A stretch of DNA of 16,958 nt from a virus, in the IMG/VR virus record IMGVR_UViG_3300006639_000058; one strand, 5' to 3'. Shown here piece after piece: positions 6,983 through 14,655 of this stretch (position 1 is its first letter; every line of letters starts with the position of its first letter). The notes under the pieces were generated by a model. That model was not told the origin of the DNA. It did not search any database and worked only from the letters and a program-made list of their open reading frames with translations. The position numbers and the translations under genes are program-made.

Positions 6983-7497
6983 CTGATCGGGCTCCTCGCC
7001 GCCACCTGCTCGAGGATGAACTCCACCGACATCGGCACGGGCGACAGGCCGACCGGTTGGAACGCCTCGGGATTCGAGTACCACCCGCCGACGAGGGCGA
7101 TCACGCAATGCACGATCTCGTTCGGGACGGCGCTGTAGCCGGCGGTGTAGTTCACCGAGATCGCCGTGCCCTCGTAGATGGCGGGCGCCTCGAGGAACCG
7201 GATGATCGGCATCGGGCCATCCGTGCGGTCGACCCAGTAGTCGCCGGCGGGCACGGTCGTGAGCACGTTCGACGCGTTGTAGTAGGTGACGTCCGTCAGC
7301 GAGACGAACGGGTAGCCGGGGATCAAGGTGTCCTTCCACCAGGCGAGGTACAGCGTCTGCGCCGATGGCGACAGCGACAGCTGCGTGCGGCGCTCGATCA
7401 GCGAAATCGCCGCCTCGCGCAGGCGCGTGAGGTCCGCGTCGTCGTCGCTGTAGTCGATCTTCAGCGCCGACTTGATCGTGGAGAGGGGAACCGTCAT
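6979..7497 (-). CDS. Head-tail connector/adaptor, gp6-like (172 aa)
   Basis: ATG 7497. The N-terminus LSTIKSALKIDYSDDDADLTRLREAAISLIERRT is the classic gp6-like connector signature. The gene follows the capsid gene. Confidence 0.75.
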   Translation of the reverse strand: MTVPLSTIKSALKIDYSDDDADLTRLREAAISLIERRTQLSLSPSAQTLYLAWWKDTLIPGYPFVSLTDVTYYNASNVLTTVPAGDYWVDRTDGPMPIIRFLEAPAIYEGTAISVNYTAGYSAVPNEIVHCVIALVGGWYSNPEAFQPVGLSPVPMSVEFILEQVAARSPIR

Positions 7498-7506
7498 GGA
7501 AAGCGA

Positions 7507-7528
7507 CCTGGGGGGTTTCCCCCCCAAG
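7507..7528 (-). terminator. GC-clamp hairpin with a GAAA tetraloop between the capsid and connector genes
   Basis: The minus strand reads CUUGGGGGG-GAAA-CCCCCCAGG (9 pairs including one G-U). It is followed by UCGCUUUCC and then the connector ATG. The U-tract is weak, so this may be an attenuating terminator or an RNA stabiliser. Confidence 0.4.
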
Positions 7529-7549
7529 CCACCGGAGACAAGAAAGAAA

Positions 7550-8839
7550 TCAGACGCGGATGGCCGCGAACGCCGCCGCGAGGGTCACGCGGGAGTCGGT
7601 GCGCGCGTACATGTACATCTTCACGGCGTTCTGCACCGCGTTGCTGTACGGGTCGACGAGCGTGGTCATGCCGGTGCGGTCGAAGACCTCGAAGTAGTTG
7701 AAGTCGCCGACGACGGCGTAGGTGGTGTTCTCGGTCGCCGAGCCGGAGCCGTTGTTGACCCACTCGCTGATCGAGTACGGCACGCCGTACAGGGTCGCGG
7801 GGACGCCACCGTTGAGCGTGCTGCCGGTCGCGCCGGGAGTCCAGATGAAGTCGGTCGCGAACGCGCCATTGGTGGTCGTGGTGCCGCCGTTCTTCAGCTT
7901 GCGGGCCACCTTGAGGAACTCGTCGTGGAAGAGCCACCGGAACCGCGGCGAGTTGCGGTACTGCGGGGCGACGGCGTGGACGGTGTCGATGATGTTGTCC
8001 GCGGTCACGTTTCCGATCACCTGCGGCTGAGAGCCGAGGTTGATGCCGGTCGTGATGCCGTTCGTGCGCGCGATGCCCTGCGGGCCGGACGAGCCGGCGC
8101 CGGTCACGAAATCGTTCTCCATCTTGCGCTGCAGGCCGAGCGCCAGGCGGGTCGCGACGTAGTCCATCGCGCTGCCGACGCCGCCCTGGCCGATCGCGTC
8201 CTCGATGAACTCCTGCGTGAGCTGCGTGGCGCACCCGTACTTGTACGGAGTCACCGAGACGGTGGCGAACGACGGGTCGGACAGGGTGACGTCCGCGCCT
8301 TCGGTGACGAGGTAGCCGGTCGGGATGTTGCCCTCGACGAGCAGGGTGCGACGGCTGTCGACGGTGTTCACCACCGCGATCTGCCGGATGACGCTGTTCT
8401 GATACAGCTTCTCGCGGATGCGGCGCTCCATGTCGGTCGGCACGTTGCCGCCGGCGGTGATGTCGAGCTGTCCGGAGGCGCCGGTGACGGTCGCGGTGCC
8501 GAGGGCGCGCAGCGACGCGGTGTCGCCGGACATGACGGCGCGGAGCCACGCGCGGCTCTCGCCATCGGTGTTCGGCTCGAACTTCGGCGCGCGCGACGCG
8601 AACGTCGGCTGAGCCTCGATCTTCGCGAGCCGATCCTCGGTTGCCTTCAACTGCGCGCGGAGCTCGATCGCGGTGAGGTCCGCGTCCATGCGGGCGAACG
8701 CCTGCTTCTCCTCGCCGGAGCCGCGGCTGTCGACCAGCTGCGGCGCGAGGCCGGTGCGCGCCTCGTAGGCGGCGAGCGACTTGCGGTACTGGTGCGTGAT
8801 GTTCTGGAGCTCGTGGAGCTCGTTCTGCTCAGCGGACAT
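7550..8839 (-). CDS. Major capsid protein, HK97 fold/family, with an N-terminal coiled-coil delta domain (429 aa)
   Basis: ATG 8839 with GAAGGATGG upstream. The N-terminal 100 aa or so look like a helical scaffold-type domain. The body resembles the HK97 MCP family and sits after an S78 protease. Confidence 0.9.
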   Translation of the reverse strand: MSAEQNELHELQNITHQYRKSLAAYEARTGLAPQLVDSRGSGEEKQAFARMDADLTAIELRAQLKATEDRLAKIEAQPTFASRAPKFEPNTDGESRAWLRAVMSGDTASLRALGTATVTGASGQLDITAGGNVPTDMERRIREKLYQNSVIRQIAVVNTVDSRRTLLVEGNIPTGYLVTEGADVTLSDPSFATVSVTPYKYGCATQLTQEFIEDAIGQGGVGSAMDYVATRLALGLQRKMENDFVTGAGSSGPQGIARTNGITTGINLGSQPQVIGNVTADNIIDTVHAVAPQYRNSPRFRWLFHDEFLKVARKLKNGGTTTTNGAFATDFIWTPGATGSTLNGGVPATLYGVPYSISEWVNNGSGSATENTTYAVVGDFNYFEVFDRTGMTTLVDPYSNAVQNAVKMYMYARTDSRVTLAAAFAAIRV

Positions 8840-9389
8840 GATCAGCCATCCTTCGGAAATGGAGTGCGAGCCGCGCGTGCGCGGCCTCGATTGCGGCCGC
8901 GGAAACACTCCGCAGGCTCGAACTGGTCTGTGGGTACGCGGCGTCCTGCACGATGCTGATCTCGACAAGCTTCGCGCGCTTGACGAGTCGCTCTGTGCGG
9001 TTCTTGTTCCAGCTGTCTTCCTCGACGTAGAACCCGAAAGACATCTCGCCAGTGAGATCGCCGCGCTCGAGGAGGGCGCGGACATCGTTGCCGAGGGTCG
9101 TCTCGGGCAGCGTCGCCGAGAACGCGAGGCCGGCGCGATCGCTCTTCAGCGTCAACGTCTTGGACTTCGTGCGCGCGAGCGGCATCGACACGTCGTGGTT
9201 GTAGAACAGCTTCACGTCGTCGCCGGCGGACAGCGTGCCGTTGAACGCGCCGGGGGCGATGCGCTCGGTGAACGCGCGCCCGCCCTCGACGATCTCGCGG
9301 CTGTCCTGGCCGTAGACGGCCGCGTAGCCGGCGAGCGTCCGCCCGTCGAGACTCTGCTCGGTCGCGTCAATCGCGCGTCTAGAAATCAT
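8829..9389 (-). CDS. Prohead maturation protease, HK97 family (Peptidase S78, 186 aa)
   Basis: ATG 9389. The pattern GYAAVYG......E.I.PGAF........DVKLFYNHD....LAR......L..D..GL.F.A.L..T..G.D...L..RGDL.GEMSFGF is characteristic of this family. Confidence 0.9.
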   Translation of the reverse strand: MISRRAIDATEQSLDGRTLAGYAAVYGQDSREIVEGGRAFTERIAPGAFNGTLSAGDDVKLFYNHDVSMPLARTKSKTLTLKSDRAGLAFSATLPETTLGNDVRALLERGDLTGEMSFGFYVEEDSWNKNRTERLVKRAKLVEISIVQDAAYPQTSSSLRSVSAAAIEAAHARLALHFRRMADHVR

Positions 9390-10533
9390 TCGGTGTGCCC
9401 TCCTGCGCGGACGTGTCGTCGCCGAGATTCGTCTGGCCGCCGCCCGTGCCCATGTTGAGCGCCACGATCGGCGCGTCGAGGCCGGGGAGCGGCTCGAGAT
9501 CGAGCTCCTCGCGGGCCTCGTTCCGCGTGATGATGCCGGCCTCGACGCCGGTCCGAAGGGCGGCCATGTGCTCGGCCATGCCCGGGCGGACCAGGTCGTC
9601 GGTGTCCCACACGACCGAATCGAACGGCGTCGCGAGCTTCGCGGTGATCTCGGAGGCCCACACCGCGAGCCAGGGCGCGAGACACGCGTCTGCGTACATG
9701 CGGGAGAGCCATTCCATCGAGCCGTACGACGTGCCGACGTTCTCGGAGAGATAGGACGCCGGCACGCCGTAGATGCGCGAGACGTCGCCGACGCTGTATC
9801 GGCGGGCGGCCTCGAGGCCGGTGTCGTCCATCGTGCTCGAGATGCGCTCGACCTTGGCGCCCTCCATCATGACGAGCGGGCGGCCCGCGTTCACGCTGCC
9901 GGCGTGGCGGTCCATGTAGTCGCGCTCGATCTTCTGCATCGCCTCGGCGGACAGCTTGCCTGGATGCACGATGGCGATCTTCGGGTTGCCGGCGTTCTCG
10001 AACGACTTGAGCGCCATCTGCTCCTGGGCGGCGAGCAACTGCAGCGACGTGCGGCACAGCGCCACCGGCGACTCTCCCCACAGGCCGTTGAGGCCGGGCG
10101 CGCGCAGGTGGAACATGTCCGACATCTGCACCTCGCCGTACACCGCGGTCTTGTAGACGGGCCGCGCGCCGGACGTGTCGAGGGACACGCTCTCGGGCTC
10201 GAGCGGGATCAGCTCGAGGAGCTCGCCGCCGCGCGTGCGGTTGATCGCCGCGAACGCGTTCCCGTAGAGCAGCACCTGCATGGTGAGCGTGCGCCGCAGC
10301 TCGAACGACGACATGTACGGGCTCGGCGAGCGGAGCAGCGAGTCGGCGCCGCTGTTCGACACCTCGAGCTCGATGCGGGCGATGTCGCCGGCGATCAGCG
10401 TCACCGCCCGGTAGACCGGCGTGTAGCGCAGCGCCGTCAGAGGCCCGATGTACGGCAGCGCCGAGGGCGCGCCCGACACATAGGTCGACGACCACGGACC
10501 GATGAACATGCGATTGAGGAGGGATCGCAGCAC
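9379..10533 (-). CDS. Portal protein, HK97 family (384 aa; start uncertain, GTG 10533 or ATG 10509)
   Basis: Size, the position between TerL and the protease, and the Phage_portal-like pattern (YRAVTLIAGDIA, LLYGNAFAAI, PVALCRTSLQL). Confidence 0.88.
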   Translation of the reverse strand: MLRSLLNRMFIGPWSSTYVSGAPSALPYIGPLTALRYTPVYRAVTLIAGDIARIELEVSNSGADSLLRSPSPYMSSFELRRTLTMQVLLYGNAFAAINRTRGGELLELIPLEPESVSLDTSGARPVYKTAVYGEVQMSDMFHLRAPGLNGLWGESPVALCRTSLQLLAAQEQMALKSFENAGNPKIAIVHPGKLSAEAMQKIERDYMDRHAGSVNAGRPLVMMEGAKVERISSTMDDTGLEAARRYSVGDVSRIYGVPASYLSENVGTSYGSMEWLSRMYADACLAPWLAVWASEITAKLATPFDSVVWDTDDLVRPGMAEHMAALRTGVEAGIITRNEAREELDLEPLPGLDAPIVALNMGTGGGQTNLGDDTSAQEGTPNDF

Positions 10534-10576
10534 GCGGTGATTGTCGCGCGCCCGTCAAACACGGGACCGATCCAAA

Positions 10577-12229
10577 TCAGAGATCCTCATATCCGCTTCG
10601 AGTCTGGCCACCCCACGCGTGCAGGCCCATGATCGCGGCGACGAGCGGGTCGACGATCGACTTGTTCTTCCGCTTGTCGACGCGGATGTTGCCGTTCGCG
10701 TCGCGGATCGCGATCGCCGTCCGGCACGCGTTCCGCATGATCGGGTCGTCGCCGATCACGATGCGCCCGCCGACGTAGTACTGCTGCCACAGCTGGCACC
10801 CGGGACCCATGGTCGAGATCCCCTGCGAATACGACTGGAGCGGGATGCCGTCGACATTCACCACCTGCTCGGAGAAGTACTTCGAGCCCCACTGGTCGAA
10901 CGCCACCGCCTGCAGCTGGAACTCCTCCGAGATCCGCCGCAGCTCCTCGCGGATCGCGTCGTAGCTGATCTCGCGGCCCGGCGTCAGGGTCAGGTGGCCG
11001 TTCGCCGCCCAGGCGCGGACGGGCACGCGGTAGTCCAGTTCCCGCTGCCTGATCTCGGCGTCCGGCCACCAGTAGTGGCCGCGGAGCGCCACCCGCCCGT
11101 CGTCGAGCGGGACGCAGACGACGAGGGCGGTCATGTCAAGGGATTTGGACAGGTCGAGGCCCGCCCAGGCGGCGCGCCCGCGCAGCGCCGGCCAGTCGAT
11201 GTCCGTGGGCTTCGGGTAGATCGACAGGTCGAGCCACCCGCCTCCACCCTCGGTCATCCGGCACGCGTGGTAGCGGGCGAACTCCGCCCGCCCCATCGCC
11301 GTCGTGCGGGCGGACGCCCAGGCGCGGCGGATGCTGCGGACGTCCGGCTGTCCGTGCTCGCTGCCGGGATTCGCCTTCGGCCAGACCTCCTCGTCGTCCA
11401 CCTGGTCGTCGGCGTCGATCCCGTACAGCATCGCCACCGTCGAGTCGTCCGTGATCTCGCCGGTGAGGATCGACTCGGCGTGGGCGATCTTCTCGCCGTA
11501 GATGTTGTCCGGGTTGTCGGACGGCGTCGAGATGATCACGCCGAGCGCCTCGCGCCGCTTCGCCATCGAGCTCGTCAGCTTCGACAGGAACCGCCCCCGG
11601 TACTCGGCGGCCTCGTCGGCGATCCACAGCGACGGCGTGAGGCCGTCGAGGGACGTCTCGCGCGCCGGCAGCGCCGTGAACATGCAGTCGGCCTCCTGCC
11701 GCAGGATCGAGTATTGCCGGATCACCATGTCCGTCTTCTCGCCCAGGCGACGCACCATGGTCTTGGCGCTGTCGAGGAGAATCTCGGCCTGCTCCTCGCG
11801 GTTCGCGATGACGTGCACGCGGCGGCCCGGCGCGGTCTGCATGTCGTACAGACAGAGGGCGGCCATCAGCGTGGTCTTGCCATTGCCGCGGCCGACCTGA
11901 AGGATGCCGTTCGTGACCCGCCGGCGGCGGTCGTCGGTCCACCGCCACCCCCACAGATTCGCAAGCGCCCACGCCTGCCACGGCGCCGGCACGAACGGGC
12001 GGTCGGAGTCGTCGCCGATGAGGGCTAGTGTCCCCATGAACACTAGCAGGCGGTCCACCTCCTCCCAGTCCATGTAGATGTCGGTGCGCTCGAGGTCCGT
12101 CAGGAACCGTTTCGCGGCCGCGTAGATCCACTTCCCCGCCGGCCGCGAGCCGTCGACGATCGACTCGGCGTACGCGGTCACGATCTGGCGCGCGTTTGTG
12201 TCGGTATTTTGGACGGTTACAGGCGGCAC
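10577..12229 (-). CDS. terL: Terminase large subunit (Terminase_1-like, 550 aa)
   Basis: GTG 12229 with AAAGGAG 8 nt upstream. Walker A-like QVGRGNGKTT, Walker B-like LWIADEAAE and a C-terminal nuclease-like region. The gene lies upstream of the portal gene. Confidence 0.9.
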   Translation of the reverse strand: MPPVTVQNTDTNARQIVTAYAESIVDGSRPAGKWIYAAAKRFLTDLERTDIYMDWEEVDRLLVFMGTLALIGDDSDRPFVPAPWQAWALANLWGWRWTDDRRRRVTNGILQVGRGNGKTTLMAALCLYDMQTAPGRRVHVIANREEQAEILLDSAKTMVRRLGEKTDMVIRQYSILRQEADCMFTALPARETSLDGLTPSLWIADEAAEYRGRFLSKLTSSMAKRREALGVIISTPSDNPDNIYGEKIAHAESILTGEITDDSTVAMLYGIDADDQVDDEEVWPKANPGSEHGQPDVRSIRRAWASARTTAMGRAEFARYHACRMTEGGGGWLDLSIYPKPTDIDWPALRGRAAWAGLDLSKSLDMTALVVCVPLDDGRVALRGHYWWPDAEIRQRELDYRVPVRAWAANGHLTLTPGREISYDAIREELRRISEEFQLQAVAFDQWGSKYFSEQVVNVDGIPLQSYSQGISTMGPGCQLWQQYYVGGRIVIGDDPIMRNACRTAIAIRDANGNIRVDKRKNKSIVDPLVAAIMGLHAWGGQTRSGYEDL

Positions 12230-12276
12230 CTTGGGGGCTCCTTTTTCCCTCGAAACCTACCCCCCCCATCCACCTG

Positions 12277-12310
12277 AGTTATCCACATTGTGGATAACTT
12301 GTGGATAACT
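12277..12310. promoter_or_regulatory. Array of three perfect consensus DnaA boxes: a 23-bp perfect palindrome plus an adjacent 11-bp direct repeat
   Basis: TTATCCACA at 12279-12287 (+). TGTGGATAA at 12289-12297 and 12300-12308, which is the same box on the minus strand. The 11-mer TGTGGATAACT occurs three times (12277-12287 inverted, 12289-12299, 12300-12310). A degenerate box CCATCCACC lies at 12266-12274 and a C8 run at 12260-12267. Confidence 0.6.
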
Positions 12311-12566
12311 AGGCGTGGCGCTTGCAATGGCAGTCCTTGCAAAGGGTTGCGAGGTTTGTCTTGTCGTAGGTGAGATCAGGTCGTTGCGCTCGAGGGATAA
12401 TGTGGTGCACCTCCTCGCCTGGGCGCCCACAGTCGACGCATCGAGGGTTTCGACGCATCCACTGATTGCGCATCCACGTCCATCGGCCCCCAGTGAGGCG
12501 CCGGCCGGACACGTTGAACGTCTTGGCGAATGCGGGCTTATGGGTGAATCGTGGGATCGATGCCAT
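12309..12566 (-). CDS. HNH endonuclease (85 aa), the packaging-associated type found next to terminase genes
   Basis: ATG 12566 with AAGGGG upstream. The motif CVDCGRPGEEVHHIIPRAQRPDLTYDKTNLATLCKDCHCKRH contains the Cys pairs and the H-N-H residues. Confidence 0.85.
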   Translation of the reverse strand: MASIPRFTHKPAFAKTFNVSGRRLTGGRWTWMRNQWMRRNPRCVDCGRPGEEVHHIIPRAQRPDLTYDKTNLATLCKDCHCKRHA

Positions 12567-12927
12567 GGGCACCCCTTGCGATGAGCTCCTGCCGGTAAGC
12601 GATGGCACCTTGGGCGGCCGTGCTGTCGCCGACCCACGTCTCGAGCGTCTGGATCACAAGCCATGGCCCGCGAGACTTGCGGTGGAAGATCACCCACGGT
12701 TGCCCTCGGGCGTCCCTCTGGACCTGCGCAAGGGTGTCATCCCACTTGAACGTCTCGGTGCGCTTGACCTCGACATGCAGGCCGAGGCCGTCGCACATGA
12801 TGTCCGCGGCGGTCCCAGGACGCCCGCTGTACTGCACGCTTCTCCTGCACAGGAGGCCCATGCTGTTCAGCCGGTCGACGATCTCCCTCTCTCCCACGGC
12901 TCCCTTTCGTCGTGACATGCCTCCCAT
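12538..12927 (-). CDS. Hjc-like PD-(D/E)xK Holliday junction resolvase / endonuclease (129 aa)
   Basis: ATG 12927 with GGAGG 5 nt upstream. RRKGAVGEREIVDRLNSMGLLCRRS..SG......DIMC.....HVEVKR aligns by eye with archaeal Hjc (KRKGSAVERNIV..L...GF.V.R...SG...DII.....IEMK). Confidence 0.75.
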   Translation of the reverse strand: MGGMSRRKGAVGEREIVDRLNSMGLLCRRSVQYSGRPGTAADIMCDGLGLHVEVKRTETFKWDDTLAQVQRDARGQPWVIFHRKSRGPWLVIQTLETWVGDSTAAQGAIAYRQELIARGAHGIDPTIHP

Positions 12928-12939
12928 AGGTGCCTCCGG

Positions 12940-12996
12940 GTTTCGGCTGATCGGGGCGAAACAATCCCGACGACCTTGGAGTCGGGATTAGTTTCG
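12940..12996 (-). promoter_or_regulatory. Long bulged hairpin (15 bp) with a competing short hairpin, just upstream of the resolvase RBS
   Basis: On the + strand: CGAAAC-AATCCCGAC (12957-12971), loop 12972-12980, GTCGGGATT-a-GTTTCG (12981-12996). A third hexamer, GTTTCG at 12940-12945, can pair with CGAAAC at 12957-12962 instead. The GGAGG RBS is at about 12933-12937. Confidence 0.5.
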
Positions 12997-13038
12997 TTCT
13001 CTCTCTTTATAGGCGGCCGAAATTAATTCCTGGCTGCA

Positions 13039-14043
13039 TTATACCCTCCTCACGACCATTCTCGGACGCCCTGCGGCACCCTCTCGGACGGTTTCCACCT
13101 CGCACATGTCGAGATCGATCGCGGCCTCAAGGAGCTCGCGGGCCTTCACCTTGGGGAGCATGTGCCCCATGGCGCGCTCGACCACCTCGCGCTTTGTGGC
13201 GGTGCCGTCGACGAACGCGGCGACGAACTCCTCGGTGGTCCATTCCCGGCGGCCCGTTTGGGCGGCCTTCTTGGGCGTCCACAGGTCATCCGGGTCGGCG
13301 TCGGGCTCGAGGGTCACCACGGGCGGCGAGACGCGCAGGACGGCCGCCTGGGGCGGCGGGAAGCTTCGGCACACCGCCCGCATGGTCACGCATCCTTCGG
13401 TGGCGTGCCGAAGGTAGACGATGTGCGTGTCGGTCGCCCTCGAGATCGCGCCAGCGCCGGAGCCGACGTCGGTCGTGCCCTTCTGACTTTGGTCGCCCTT
13501 GGAAGCATGGTGCACGTTGAGCACGGACGCGTTCGAGGCCGCCGCGATCCGGTCGAGGTGGTTGTACAGCTGCACCATGTCGCCGTTCGCGTTCTCGTCG
13601 GTGCCCTTCGGGATGAACCGGTAGAACGCGTCCAGGGCGATCAGGGTCCACGTCCCGCGCTCGCGCTCGCGGACGATCTCCTCGACCTGCTCGAGGCCGC
13701 TGGATGCCCCTCTGAGCCACGCGATGTCCATGGACCTGTCCACGGCCTCGAGATCGGCTCCGAGGGCTGTAGCGACCTTGTAGAGCCTCTGTAGGCCCGT
13801 CTCGGGGTGCAATTCGTTGTCGATCAGCAGGACGCGCCCTCGGGCGACGCGCCGGCCGAGCCATGGGGCGCCCGTGGCGATGGCGATGAGGAGGCCGTAC
13901 AGCATCCACGTCTTGCCGACCTTCGGCGACGCGATCCAGTTCACGACCTCGCCGCGGCGGAACAGGCCGTCGACGACCGGCTCGCGCAGGCTCGGCGGGC
14001 CCTTCGCCAGATCAGGACGGGTCAGATACAGTCGCTCACCCAC
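13039..14043 (-). CDS. RepA/DnaB-like RecA-fold P-loop ATPase (AAA_25-like replicative helicase candidate) with a C-terminal winged-helix-like domain (334 aa)
   Basis: GTG 14043. Walker A SPKVGKTW and Walker B LIALDAF. The pattern LLIDNE, LNVHHASKG and GSGAGAISRATD is typical of plasmid and phage RepA-like ATPases. Confidence 0.8.
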   Translation of the reverse strand: MGERLYLTRPDLAKGPPSLREPVVDGLFRRGEVVNWIASPKVGKTWMLYGLLIAIATGAPWLGRRVARGRVLLIDNELHPETGLQRLYKVATALGADLEAVDRSMDIAWLRGASSGLEQVEEIVRERERGTWTLIALDAFYRFIPKGTDENANGDMVQLYNHLDRIAAASNASVLNVHHASKGDQSQKGTTDVGSGAGAISRATDTHIVYLRHATEGCVTMRAVCRSFPPPQAAVLRVSPPVVTLEPDADPDDLWTPKKAAQTGRREWTTEEFVAAFVDGTATKREVVERAMGHMLPKVKARELLEAAIDLDMCEVETVREGAAGRPRMVVRRV

Positions 14044-14548
14044 GGGGCCACCACCTGTAGAACGGCGACGTCTGCAGGCTCGGCCACATGAACGAATCCC
14101 GCGTCACGTCGGTGCGTCGGGTCGGCCTAGGGTCGTACAGGGGCGGGAGGAGCGACCACAGGCGGTAGAGCTCCGCGAACGCCTGCGGGAGGGCGTCATC
14201 CTCGAGCGCCTCGGTGGCGTCGAGGAACTCGCGCCCGATGTTTCGTTCGTTTCGCGGGGAGGTAATCGTGTTGTAGAACACGCGGGCGACGGCACGGCGC
14301 ACGTCGCGGTCGATCTCCTCGCGGCCGGCGAGGTGCTCGCGCAGGAACCGGCGCGCGCTCTCCTGGGTGAACCGCCCGTCACGCTCACGGCGCTCCTCAT
14401 CCTGCCGGGCCTTGCGGAGGGCCGCGGCGCGCGCGACCTCCTCGCGCTCGAGCCCATACTCCTCCGCGGCGATCACTGCCGCCAGTGCGGGGAGCTTGCC
14501 CACCCCGATGAGGTAGGACATCCGATCCACTGCGTCGTCGATTTGCAT
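14036..14548 (-). CDS. Hypothetical protein in the replication module (170 aa)
   Basis: ATG 14548 with GGAGG 5 nt upstream. The protein is helical and charged with a Trp-rich C-terminus. It overlaps the ATPase gene start by 8 nt. I recognise no family. Confidence 0.6.
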   Translation of the reverse strand: MQIDDAVDRMSYLIGVGKLPALAAVIAAEEYGLEREEVARAAALRKARQDEERRERDGRFTQESARRFLREHLAGREEIDRDVRRAVARVFYNTITSPRNERNIGREFLDATEALEDDALPQAFAELYRLWSLLPPLYDPRPTRRTDVTRDSFMWPSLQTSPFYRWWPRG

Positions 14549-14560
14549 TCGTGCCTCCGT

Positions 14561-14593
14561 AAAAAGGGCAACGGCGCCCACGCGGACGCCGTC
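14561..14593 (-). terminator. Terminator-like hairpin followed by T5, immediately upstream of the 170-aa gene RBS
   Basis: The minus strand reads GACGGCG-UCCGCGUGGG-CGCCGU(U)-GCCC-UUUUU. An alternative fold is GGGC-GCCGUU-GCCC directly followed by U5. Confidence 0.35.
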
Positions 14594-14616
14594 ACCCCAG
14601 GACACGAATGGACCGG

Positions 14617-14655
14617 AAAGGGGACGGCGCGCTCGGATGCACACGCGCCGCCCCC
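14617..14655 (-). terminator. GC-rich 12-bp hairpin followed by UUU, just downstream of the SSB-like gene
   Basis: The minus strand reads GGGGGCGGCGCG-loop(12 nt)-CGCGCCGUCCCC (one G-U pair), then UUUCC. Confidence 0.4.

Noticed and set aside
7472-8959. Long + strand ORFs: 7472-8959 (495 aa), 10541-12028 (495 aa), 3686-4879 (397 aa), 13817-15100 (427 aa), 9568-10632 (354 aa) and other + strand ORFs
   Set aside because: They lie antisense to well-supported minus-strand genes (MCP, TerL, tail genes, ATPase, portal). They have Arg/Gly/Asp/Ala-rich low-complexity translations typical of shadow frames in GC-rich DNA, and they lack RBS and coupling signals.
7550-9085. Long N-terminal extensions of the tracked ORFs, for example MCP from 9085, tape-measure-like from 5142, the 311-aa protein from 4477, and the 6255-6959 and 6650-7339 ORFs
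   Set aside because: The extensions are Arg/Ser/Pro-rich and overlap the preceding gene. Internal starts with an RBS and stop-start overlap (ATGA and similar) give compact, family-consistent proteins.
10551-10565. Small hairpin CCCGT-caaac-ACGGG between TerL and the portal gene
   Set aside because: It has only 5 bp of stem and no U-tract, and such hairpins are expected by chance in GC-rich DNA.
5861-12229. Gene transfer agent or capsid-forming satellite (cf-PICI-like) rather than an autonomous phage
   Set aside because: The element closes on itself and carries its own replication ATPase, recombination genes, tail tube, chaperone and distal tail genes, and lysis-like genes. GTA clusters are chromosomal, and capsid-forming satellites lack tail genes. 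Dependence on a helper for TerS or lysin functions is still possible.
13038-13043. Perfect TATAAT on the minus strand overlapping the stop codon of the ATPase gene, as a -10 promoter element
   Set aside because: No acceptable -35 lies at 16-18 bp (TCCGAG at best). The host sigma specificity is unknown. A single hexamer in an AT-rich patch is weak evidence.
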